Assembly (NCBI GenBank): GCA_013204585.1
Contig: JABMNL010000023.1
Span: 19,747-83,746 of the forward strand
Origin: SAR202 cluster bacterium
Lineage (GTDB): Bacteria > Chloroflexota > Dehalococcoidia > Lucifugimonadales > UBA3495
Length of the DNA stretch: 64,000 nucleotides
Direction of reading: 5' to 3'
This document shows positions 1 through 8,065 of the stretch, piece by piece; position 1 is the stretch's first letter; every line of letters begins with the position of its first letter. A program made the translations under genes and the position numbers. The notes below the pieces were generated by a model, which worked only from the letters and a program-made list of their open reading frames with translations, was not told the DNA's origin and did no database searches.

Positions 1-694
1 TGGTGCGGATATAGCCCGTTGCGGCCATGATGCACTCGTCGTCACCACAGTCATCGTCCTCCCCGTGGTGGTTGGCCCCAAGAAGATGTCCAAATTCGTG
101 GACGATGAGCATGGGCCCACGTTCCGGGTGATTTGCGTAGTTGCGGACAATTAGCGCCCCGCCGTTCCGCCGGGCCAACCCGTCGAACCGTGATGCGGCG
201 TCCGAGGTTATTGCAATGAGCACATTCCCAGGTTCCCTCTGCGCCTGTTCTTCAGCCGCCGCCAGGCGCTGGGAAATGTGCGTGAAGGTCTGATTGGGTT
301 CCCAGGTCTGGAGCGATGCCACTTCAATCTCAATGTGCACCGGCTCAAGAATCAGGTTAACGTTCTGAAACATCTGGCGTACCTGACCTTTCCAATTGAT
401 GTCGGCCCGCTCGATGAAACTCTGGTCGACTGTCACGTCGGCCAGCACATGCAGCTTGCCAGCGGGTTCCGTGTCGCAGTAGACCTGCACTCCGGAGAGA
501 AACGGTCCGTCGCTGCTAATCGGGGCCACCGTTGTTACGGCGTCATATATCCCAGCCGGAACTGCGCCGTCCACCAGATAGACGCACTGGTCCTCGGTAA
601 GGTTGGTAGGGTTGATGAACAGGGTCATGGCGATAGCCAACAGGAGCGTCCCGCCAACCAGGGCGGTTTTGTAGGTAACTGTGTTTCGTCTCAT
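1..694 (-). CDS. metzincin-type zinc metalloprotease (C-terminus cut by window edge)
   Basis: My own minus-strand translation from ATG at 694, with a GGGAGG RBS upstream. It has an N-terminal hydrophobic anchor (ALVGGTLLLAIAMTLFI) and an exact HEXXHXXGXXH motif (HEFGHLLGANHH), followed by acidic Cys-rich EDDDCGDDEC. The ORF runs off the left edge, so it is absent from the ORF track. Confidence 0.75.
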   Translation of the reverse strand, partial: MRRNTVTYKTALVGGTLLLAIAMTLFINPTNLTEDQCVYLVDGAVPAGIYDAVTTVAPISSDGPFLSGVQVYCDTEPAGKLHVLADVTVDQSFIERADINWKGQVRQMFQNVNLILEPVHIEIEVASLQTWEPNQTFTHISQRLAAAEEQAQREPGNVLIAITSDAASRFDGLARRNGGALIVRNYANHPERGPMLIVHEFGHLLGANHHGEDDDCGDDECIMAATGYIRT

Positions 695-751
695 GGCTTT
701 CGCACCTCCCGAAGGAGTTTTAACGCATAATCTATGGCTTTATCTAGGCCA

Positions 752-2197
752 CTATCCCAAGGCGGCTCCCGGTATGAACCGGTAGAACCAGTTGCTTACG
801 GTCATGTAGTTTCCAGTTATTAGCAGTACCGCGAAGCCAGCCATTGTCAGGCTGCTGAACAGGCCCATCCACGGCACGAATTTCTCTAGCTTGAACAACA
901 TGGGCAGGGCTTTCGCCATGGCCATGGCCGCTATCACCAACGGAATTCCCATGCCCAGGGAGAACAAGAACAGCACCAGGGCGCCAATGGCCGCAGAGCC
1001 GGACGCTCCCACGTAGACCACCATGGCAATCACCAACGCCGCTCCGAAACAGGTCATGCAGCCAGTGGCGAAGGCCAGACCAGCCACCATCATCTCCAAC
1101 GGATTGGCGGTTCCCTTTTTCTGGGCCATTCCAGAAAGGATGGGCATCTTGCAGACCAGGGGCGCGCGCACTTTTGCGGCAACCCGCAGCGCCAACAGCA
1201 GGATGACGGTTCCGCCGATTACACCCAGATAACGCTGCCACTCCATGAAGTTAGGGCTGTCGCCCAACCGCTGGGCGGCAAACCCAATCACGGCCCCGGC
1301 GGCGGTGTACACAATGGTGAACCCTAGGACGAAGAAGAAGGCGGCTTTAACCACTTTCAGCCTGGCAGCGGCCGGTACTTCGCCTCGAGCGTCCTCCATG
1401 CTCATACCAGCCAGGGCCGGGATGAAGAATGCCGTGAGCTGGAATAGGCAGGGCCACATGGACGCGATAACCCCGCCCAACACGGCTAAGATCGCCGCCA
1501 ATGTGATGGTGCGTCCCGCTATTGCGACGTTGGAGGCCTCAGTGGTGGGGTCGGCGCCGGACAACGGTGGCCCGACCAAGACTTTAGAAGAAGCATAAGA
1601 ACTACTGAACACAATGGGGACATCCCAGGATAGGACCGTTTCGTTTACCCCAGAACCGGCAAATACCAAATCGATGGTCTCGATGGAACTTGGGTTCAGG
1701 GACGTACCGGCGGCTTCGGCCCCCCGGTACCGCAACATAATCATGCGGTGGTGGGGAGAAGTGGCGATTATTCGGGCGTCAACTGGTCTGATTGCGCCCT
1801 GACCATTCACTCGCAGTAATGGCTTGGGCAGGACATTGGGCAACTCGTCGTGGGCGTCCTCGGATACATAGAAGATTAAAGAGGACTCGGCCAACGCTTC
1901 GGCGGGGATTTTGCTGCCCGCGGCCCGGTAGTAGGTGGGCGTGGCGAGGAGGACTTCCACATTGGGGAAGGTGCCATCGGGCCGGATTCCGTATCGGAAC
2001 AGGTGGTCGAGAACTACCTGCCAGTCCAGAGATTCCACCGCATCCGAATCGGAATTAGCTGGGGTGTCCGCAGAGTCAACCAGGCGGGTAATCAAGAAAA
2101 GTCCCAGCACTGCCAAGCTAGCTAACAGAACCAATAGCCAGAGAGGCCAATAATTCCGTAGTCGGGGCGTATGTAATGCACCGACCTTTGTTGCCAT
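752..2197 (-). CDS. CcdA/DsbD-family thiol:disulfide electron-transfer membrane protein fused to a ~230-aa N-terminal extracytoplasmic domain
   Basis: 481-aa ORF starting at ATG with an AGAGG RBS. One N-terminal TM helix is followed by a soluble domain I cannot assign. The polytopic C-terminal half carries the two membrane Cys typical of CcdA/DsbD_2 (ASMWPCLFQLTAF and FATGCMTCFGAAL). Confidence 0.7.
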   Translation of the reverse strand: MATKVGALHTPRLRNYWPLWLLVLLASLAVLGLFLITRLVDSADTPANSDSDAVESLDWQVVLDHLFRYGIRPDGTFPNVEVLLATPTYYRAAGSKIPAEALAESSLIFYVSEDAHDELPNVLPKPLLRVNGQGAIRPVDARIIATSPHHRMIMLRYRGAEAAGTSLNPSSIETIDLVFAGSGVNETVLSWDVPIVFSSSYASSKVLVGPPLSGADPTTEASNVAIAGRTITLAAILAVLGGVIASMWPCLFQLTAFFIPALAGMSMEDARGEVPAAARLKVVKAAFFFVLGFTIVYTAAGAVIGFAAQRLGDSPNFMEWQRYLGVIGGTVILLLALRVAAKVRAPLVCKMPILSGMAQKKGTANPLEMMVAGLAFATGCMTCFGAALVIAMVVYVGASGSAAIGALVLFLFSLGMGIPLVIAAMAMAKALPMLFKLEKFVPWMGLFSSLTMAGFAVLLITGNYMTVSNWFYRFIPGAALG

Positions 2198-2275
2198 AAT
2201 TCGACCTCTTTTCTCGATTCGGTTCCCTAACGTTCGCGGTGCGCCGGGCAGGTGGGTGGGTGGTTACTCGCCCGG

Positions 2276-2779
2276 CTACGGTTCGGTGGCGAGCACTTCA
2301 AGATAGGCTGCCACCGCCCGCACTTCATCATTGCTCAAGACTATGAAACTCATTTGGGGGCGGTTCTCTAGAGCGTTCCAAATCATGTCCGCCGTGGCCC
2401 CCCGGTTTGGCGGCGAGGCGAACTCCGGTTTGCCCTTGCCGTCTAGACCGTGGCAGAGGGCGCAGCCGACGCCGCCGGCGGTGGTTTCGAATAGGATTTT
2501 GCCCTGGTTAATCAGCGCCTCCTGTAGCGCGTCGTCATTGCTGTGCCCGCCATTAGCCGCTTCGCCCGCTGGCGGCGTGGTCGGTATCGGTGCCTGGGTT
2601 GCGGTCGGCGACGGCACCAGCGTGGCGGGAACGCCAGTCGGTTGAGTAATAGGTTCCGTAATTGGCGTAACTGATGGGTCGGGCGTAGCCGTTGTTGTCG
2701 GCAAAGCAGAACCTCCACAACCCAAAGCTAACGCCGCTAACAGCAAGACGGGCAATCCGATAATTGCTCTTATGACCAC
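2276..2779 (-). CDS. lipoprotein c-type cytochrome (class I, single haem)
   Basis: CXXCH haem site (CALCHG), lipobox LAALALGCGG and a Pro/Thr-rich linker. I place the start at GTG 2779 (GGGAGG RBS 6 nt upstream). The ORF-track start TTG 2794 is the alternative. Confidence 0.8.
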   Translation of the reverse strand: MVIRAIIGLPVLLLAALALGCGGSALPTTTATPDPSVTPITEPITQPTGVPATLVPSPTATQAPIPTTPPAGEAANGGHSNDDALQEALINQGKILFETTAGGVGCALCHGLDGKGKPEFASPPNRGATADMIWNALENRPQMSFIVLSNDEVRAVAAYLEVLATEP

Positions 2780-2925
2780 GGGCGACCTCCCCAAAGTTTG
2801 CCGATATTCTTAAAGTGAGAGACCCTGAAGTATTTGCCTGAAGTATTTAAGATTTTTACCGGGGGTACGCGCCCCGATTCCTATTGGGACGCGTACCTGT
2901 AAGCTAGCCATATTAGCTTGCGCTT

Positions 2926-4356
2926 TTATGGGGCCATGGCAGTTCCCTGCTGGAGCATGAAGCTGCCGCGAGGGCCGTTCTTGTCGGCTAGTAGCTCGGC
3001 GGTGAAGTCGGGCTCGAAGCGGACAAAGGCACCAGAGTGGGTGTCGCCGCCATTGGCCGACGCGATGCGCGCCGTGACCTCTTTCTTGACCATGTCCCAA
3101 ACGATGGTCTCGGCGGTGCCGGAACTGGTGACCCACATCTCATCCGGGTTGGCCGGGTTCATGATGTCGTGGTCGATGGTCCGGCCGCCAATGTCGTAGG
3201 CGTTTACGGCGCGGAAGGTTTTGGTGTTAATCAAGCCAAGGCTTCCGCCCAGGTTGAAGGTCATTTCACCTTTGCCGACGACCCATAGCTCGCTCTCGTC
3301 CAGGTTCAGTGCAATGTCGTAGGGGCCTGGCACCGCTGCCTGGGTGGAGCCGACCGTCTTATCGGTGGCATTGTCGATTTTATAGACGCGGTCGCCAGAG
3401 GCGTCGGCTACGTAGGTGAACCGACCGTCCTGGGTGAATGCGAACCCATTGGGGTACATTCCGACGTTGGTGATGTACGTGGCCCGGCCCGTTTCCAGGT
3501 CGACTTTGGCCACCGCGCCCATCAACTCAGAGGCAACGCCCCGGCCACCCAAGACCAAGTCTATGTAGAGGTGTTTACCGGCCGGATCCGCAGCGACTTG
3601 ATAGGCCTGACCAAAGAGTTCCCTGGGGCCGATGGAGAAGACTACCCGGTTCTCGTCATTGGGGTCGAGCAACAGGGTGTCGCCACCCTGGGTCTCCACG
3701 ATGACCCGGTCGTTACCTTCGTAGTCCACGAAAGCCCTGATGTGGTGGGGCCCTTTGTCGGTCCCGATTACCTGATTGAGCTTCAAGGTTTTGGAGTCAA
3801 CAACCAGGATTCTTCCCGCTCCACCGCTGGCGCTCCAAGGTTGGTCACCGTCGGCGGTCGGCACGTAAATCCAACGCCCGTCCGGGGACATTCCCAGGCC
3901 GTGGGGCGTGCCCATTAGTTCGTAACCAAGGTCAAAGGCTGCCGACGCGACTATTTCTTTGGTCACGGCGTCAATCATCTGGAAACCGGCTGCCTTGTAG
4001 GTCTCCGAAGTGAAGCTGCCATAGCCCTTCCCCTCACTGGTTATGAAGACCGTGGGATGTTCTGCCGGATCCCAAGCGCCCGGTCCAGTCGAGTCGTAGG
4101 TGGCGAGGAGCTTGGCTTTGGACCTGATTGACGCTTCGGTGTCCCATCCGGTGGGAGCGGCGTCAATTAGGACGGGCTGCATCTGCCCGGCCTGTACTAG
4201 AATGCTCGGCGCGGCATTATCTTTTTGGTCTTGCAACTGGGTCTCTAGGGCGTCGTAGTCTTTTTGTGATACGCCGCCGCAAGCTGCTGCCAACAGGCCA
4301 ACTAGCGCAAGCAGCGCCACAAACCAATAGCGTATGTTCTTCATTCGGATGAGCAT
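2926..4356 (-). CDS. YVTN-type beta-propeller repeat lipoprotein
   Basis: Lipobox LLAAACGG plus repeated propeller-blade signatures (PHGLGMSPDGRWIYVP, PNGFAFTQDGRFTYVADASGDRVYKID, PYDIALNLDESELWVV). Start placed at ATG 4356, 6 nt after an AGGAGG RBS. Confidence 0.65.
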   Translation of the reverse strand: MLIRMKNIRYWFVALLALVGLLAAACGGVSQKDYDALETQLQDQKDNAAPSILVQAGQMQPVLIDAAPTGWDTEASIRSKAKLLATYDSTGPGAWDPAEHPTVFITSEGKGYGSFTSETYKAAGFQMIDAVTKEIVASAAFDLGYELMGTPHGLGMSPDGRWIYVPTADGDQPWSASGGAGRILVVDSKTLKLNQVIGTDKGPHHIRAFVDYEGNDRVIVETQGGDTLLLDPNDENRVVFSIGPRELFGQAYQVAADPAGKHLYIDLVLGGRGVASELMGAVAKVDLETGRATYITNVGMYPNGFAFTQDGRFTYVADASGDRVYKIDNATDKTVGSTQAAVPGPYDIALNLDESELWVVGKGEMTFNLGGSLGLINTKTFRAVNAYDIGGRTIDHDIMNPANPDEMWVTSSGTAETIVWDMVKKEVTARIASANGGDTHSGAFVRFEPDFTAELLADKNGPRGSFMLQQGTAMAP

Positions 4357-4444
4357 CAATAACCTCCTATCTGTGGGCTTTGCCCGTCTTTATTTCCCGT
4401 CTCTATTTATTAGGGTCCGGTTTGAATCTAGTCCGGCGACCGGC

Positions 4445-4810
4445 CTACACCGGATTTCCTTTTCGAACCTGAATCGCTTCTCGCAGTCCGTCTAAAGTCG
4501 TGTTGGTGACGTGGTCAACCTGATAGACAGATATTGAGTCCCGGTCCAGGCTCAGGGCCACCACCTTGGCGTTGGGGTGGCGGTCCAATAGCTGCGTTAC
4601 TGCGCTGCCGCCCAGTGCTGTGTCTCCGGCGTCTAGGATGATTACCTCGGGTTTTAAGTCCTGGGCCATTTGAGCCCAATCATCGTTGTCCGATGGCACC
4701 ACCGACACGGCCACGCCCTCCATCGCCTCGAGCAGGTTCAAAACCCCAGAGGCTAGCAGGGAGCGGTTATTCAAGAGGACGATTTTCGTTGGTTGTGTGT
4801 TAGATTCCAC
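4445..4810 (-). CDS. stand-alone receiver-like (CheY-fold) protein with degenerate acidic pocket
   Basis: 121 aa with a beta1-like KIVLLNN, a beta3-like EVIILDAGD and a beta4-like KVVALSLD. There is no output domain. Confidence 0.55.
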   Translation of the reverse strand: MESNTQPTKIVLLNNRSLLASGVLNLLEAMEGVAVSVVPSDNDDWAQMAQDLKPEVIILDAGDTALGGSAVTQLLDRHPNAKVVALSLDRDSISVYQVDHVTNTTLDGLREAIQVRKGNPV

Positions 4811-4926
4811 AGCCTATCTCCACAAAGTCTCGCGGAATTCGACTGACACTAATACCAGTATCGTCCGATTTGTTCTGGGTTTGACCGTCCAGGCAGGTCG
4901 TTGTTACCTACCAATTTAAGTAGGCT

Positions 4927-4974
4927 AAAAAGAATAGGCCCTCGCGGTTCTGTCGCGAGGGCCTATTCTTTTTT
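4927..4974 (-). terminator. bidirectional intrinsic terminator
   Basis: Perfect 16-bp stem (agaataggccctcgcg / cgcgagggcctattct) with a 7-nt loop, flanked by A5 on one side and T6 on the other. It lies just downstream of the response-regulator stop. Confidence 0.8.
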
Positions 4975-5000
4975 AACCAGTGATTGGGCTAGGAGTGGGG

Positions 5001-5654
5001 TCAGCCGGGGCTGGTGGTGGGCACGTAACCGTGGGCTAGCGCCCAGGCAATCACCTGTCCCCGGTTCTTGAGGTGCAGTTTGCCCAAGATGTTCTTGACG
5101 TGGAAATTTACCGTATTTGTAGAGATGAACAATGCCGCAGCAATGTCCTTATTGGCCGAGCCGCTGGCCAGCTGTTCCAAGACCTCTTGTTCCCGCCCGG
5201 TTAGGGTGTCGTCCAACTCCCGCCGGTTCCGCTCGTCTTTCAGTCGCGAGAATTCCTGAAGCAGTTTTCGGGCCAGGGAAGGCGACATCACCGGCTCGTC
5301 ATTTAGTATTCGCCCCACAAATTCGGCGAATTCTTCCTCCCTTAAATTCTTGAGGAGGTAGCCCTCTGCGCCACTCTTAATGGCTTCAAATAGGTCGTTT
5401 TCGTCGTCGGATACGGTGAGGACAACCACCTTGATGTCCGGTAATTCGGATTTAATCGCCCTGGTGGCCTCCAGGCCGTTCATCTTGGGCATGCCGATGT
5501 CCATCAGGACCAGGTCTGGCCGTAGTTGACGGGCTTTGACGATGGCCTCTTCGCCGTTTCCAGCCTCGCCGATAACCTCCAGGCCCCAGGCGTGGAGCAG
5601 CGTGGCCAAGCCTGCGCGGAACAGGGCATGATCGTCGACTAACAGAACCTTCAT
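5001..5654 (-). CDS. NarL/FixJ-family response regulator (receiver + LuxR-type HTH)
   Basis: MKVLLVDDHALFRAGL, the phospho-acceptor context LVLMDIGMP, and C-terminal LTGREQEVLEQLASGSANKDIAAALFISTNTVNFHVKNIL. Confidence 0.9.
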   Translation of the reverse strand: MKVLLVDDHALFRAGLATLLHAWGLEVIGEAGNGEEAIVKARQLRPDLVLMDIGMPKMNGLEATRAIKSELPDIKVVVLTVSDDENDLFEAIKSGAEGYLLKNLREEEFAEFVGRILNDEPVMSPSLARKLLQEFSRLKDERNRRELDDTLTGREQEVLEQLASGSANKDIAAALFISTNTVNFHVKNILGKLHLKNRGQVIAWALAHGYVPTTSPG

Positions 5655-7072
5655 GCGGTCGCCTTTGCCAGTTGGATTCGGGGTATTGGGACTTGCACCG
5701 TTACGCTGGCCCCACCTTCAGCTCGGGTTTGGATGGAAAGATTGCCCCCCAAAGACTGGGCTCGCTCCTCCATGACCCGTAGGCCAAATCTTGGCCAACC
5801 GGAAGATGGTAAGTTCGCTGGGTCGAATCCCTTGCCGTTGTCGTCCACCCGAATGCACAGGCGGTCGCCGACATGCTCCAGGTTTAAGGTGACCTCTGTG
5901 GCCCCGGAGTGCTTTCTAACGTTGGTCAGCGCTTCCTGAACGATGCGGAGTAGCTGCACTTCGCCGGTGCTGGAAATTTCCAAGTCTTCCACCGCCGAGG
6001 ATATATGGGTGATGGTATTCAGCCCAGACATGTCCCGGTACAACTCCAAGTATTCCCGTAATAATGGGATTAATCCCTTGTTCGGCTGGGCGGCCACCCG
6101 CAGACCCAGGATGCCTTCGCGTACATCGGCGTACAGGTCCCTGGCGATGGCTTCCATCTTGGAAAGCTCTTCCCGTGCGTCGGTCAGTTTTTCGTCGGCC
6201 AGCAATTTTTTGACGGCGATGGTCTGGGTGTTGATGTAGCCCAAGACCTGGGCCATGCCGTCGTGCATTTCCCTGGCGATGCGGTCTCGTTCTTGGAGCA
6301 CTGCCAGGTCTTCTATTTGCTCCGAAAGACGGGCGTTCTCGATGGCCACCGCCGCCTGGGAGACGAACAGCCGGGCCAATTCTTCATCTTGGATGGTGTA
6401 AGAGCCTTCGCCGGACTTGCGGCAGAAACAGAGGCTGCCCAGCAGGATCTCTTTGTGGATGATGGGCACCCCTAAGCAGTTGGCGACGGTTGTTGGGTCG
6501 TCTTCGGTGTCATTTTCCGGCACTGGCACGGTGGCTCCTGCTTCGCTCATGTGGAGACGCAGGGGCTCGGTGCGCTGCTGGATTAACCCGATGACTTCGT
6601 TGTGGATAGAATCACCGGATTCGGGGGGAGAGCAGTAGCGGGACTCGGTTTCGCCCAGAGGGCTGACCACTGTTAGCACGGCGGAACGCGCCTGAAACAG
6701 TTGGCAACCCAAATCGGCTACCCGCTGCATGACCGACGCCGATATCCGTTCCTCGGATAGGGCCAGGTTGGCGGCGTGTAACGCCCGGAGTTGGACGTTC
6801 TGCCCGGAAATTTGGCGGGATAGGGTCTGAACGTTGCGCTGGAGCCTGCTGATGGCGCCGAACATCAGCCGGGAGAACACGATAATCAGGGTGACCAACA
6901 GGAGGATGCCGAAGATTGAATGGAAGAACTCGTGGCCGGGGCCGACCATGAGGAAATAGTAACCAATGAAGAAGGAGACTGGGACGAGTACGCTGACCCA
7001 CTCCAACGATTTCCAGGTCGTTCTGGAAGAAGGGTCCGCCCAACGCGGAACAAGCCACCGTAACCCGTTCAT
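5651..7072 (-). CDS. sensor histidine kinase (TM + GAF + HisKA_3 + HATPase_c)
   Basis: Two N-terminal TM helices, a central GAF-like region, the H-box RIAREMHDGMAQVL and an ATPase region (VDDNGKGF, GLRVMEERAQSLGG). A 4-nt ATGA overlap with the response-regulator start suggests translational coupling. Confidence 0.88.
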   Translation of the reverse strand: MNGLRWLVPRWADPSSRTTWKSLEWVSVLVPVSFFIGYYFLMVGPGHEFFHSIFGILLLVTLIIVFSRLMFGAISRLQRNVQTLSRQISGQNVQLRALHAANLALSEERISASVMQRVADLGCQLFQARSAVLTVVSPLGETESRYCSPPESGDSIHNEVIGLIQQRTEPLRLHMSEAGATVPVPENDTEDDPTTVANCLGVPIIHKEILLGSLCFCRKSGEGSYTIQDEELARLFVSQAAVAIENARLSEQIEDLAVLQERDRIAREMHDGMAQVLGYINTQTIAVKKLLADEKLTDAREELSKMEAIARDLYADVREGILGLRVAAQPNKGLIPLLREYLELYRDMSGLNTITHISSAVEDLEISSTGEVQLLRIVQEALTNVRKHSGATEVTLNLEHVGDRLCIRVDDNGKGFDPANLPSSGWPRFGLRVMEERAQSLGGNLSIQTRAEGGASVTVQVPIPRIQLAKATA

Positions 7073-7162
7073 TTGGTCAACACCCCCAAGACGGGTCCAT
7101 TAAGCAGGTAAGCAGGCAGGTTAATTATATCAGGCGGGGGTCTAAACCCCTGACCAGAGCCT

Positions 7163-7911
7163 TTACTTGGGCGTGAGCGGACTGGCAAAGGACAAGGGTG
7201 AAGGTTGAAACAGCCAAACTTCGGTTTGGGTGGGCAGGGTTTGGGCTGAGAACTCGGCGGCGGGTCCGTATAATCGTTTGACGTTGAACTGGGTGGCCAG
7301 CCAACCTTCCGGAGGTTCCAGGCCGGTGTCGTCGGCCATTAGCTCCGGAATCTGATAATGCATCGGAATTACCACCTTGGGCTGCAACCGCTGGATGAGC
7401 GCGTCGACCTCATCTTATTGAAGCAAATGCTTGGAGTCGTCCACAGTTACCAGCAGCACATCAATCTCGCCGAAATCTCGCCGATGGAACGGGCCACGTC
7501 TGCGGGCCAATCAGCCCGGTTGTCACCCAGGTGTAGGAAGCTGATGCCGCCGGTCTCAAGACGGTACATCACGTTGGGGAACTCCCGATTGCGCGTCCCC
7601 GAGTGCAAATCTTGAACGCCCCGGATGTTCATGTCCCGGTTGGCGAACTCTCCCGGCATGCGGATTAATGATGCGCCTTCAGGCAACCGTTCGGCTGCGG
7701 CATGGTCGAAATGGGCGTGGGTAATCAGGCCCAGGTCACATTCAACGTCGGGAAATAGGTGGGTGAACCAATACCGTTCGACGATGTTGCGGTAGGGGTC
7801 GGCTAACACCCTGAGCCCAGCCGCCGTCTGCCACCGAAACGCGGAATGGCCGTAGTAGGTCAAAGTCAGACGGCCATCAAAATTAGACGCTGCGGACATG
7901 TCAAACTTCAA
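7163..7911 (-). pseudogene. MBL-fold metallo-hydrolase, disrupted by a frameshift and an in-frame stop
   Basis: The N-terminal ORF (7447-7911) has THAHFDH and the C-terminal ORF (7163-7387) has PKVVIPMHYQ. An exact 11-bp tandem duplication aatctcgccga x2 at 7463-7484 shifts the frame. Removing one copy restores ...SIGEIDVLLVTVDDSKHLLQ, but an in-frame TAA (complement of 7415-7417) still comes before DEVDALIQRLQPKVVIPMHY. Confidence 0.8.
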
Positions 7912-8065
7912 AATGGTCTCAAAATATTATTGATTGTCAGTCTAGCGGAGGCTTCGGCTTCTTGCCATTGGAATTGGGCTGCAAGCTGTTGGCGCGGCCC
8001 TAAAATTGGTAAGATATATCACCGTGTTGATAAGAAACTTAAATAGCCGCCTGTCAGGTGGAGCC

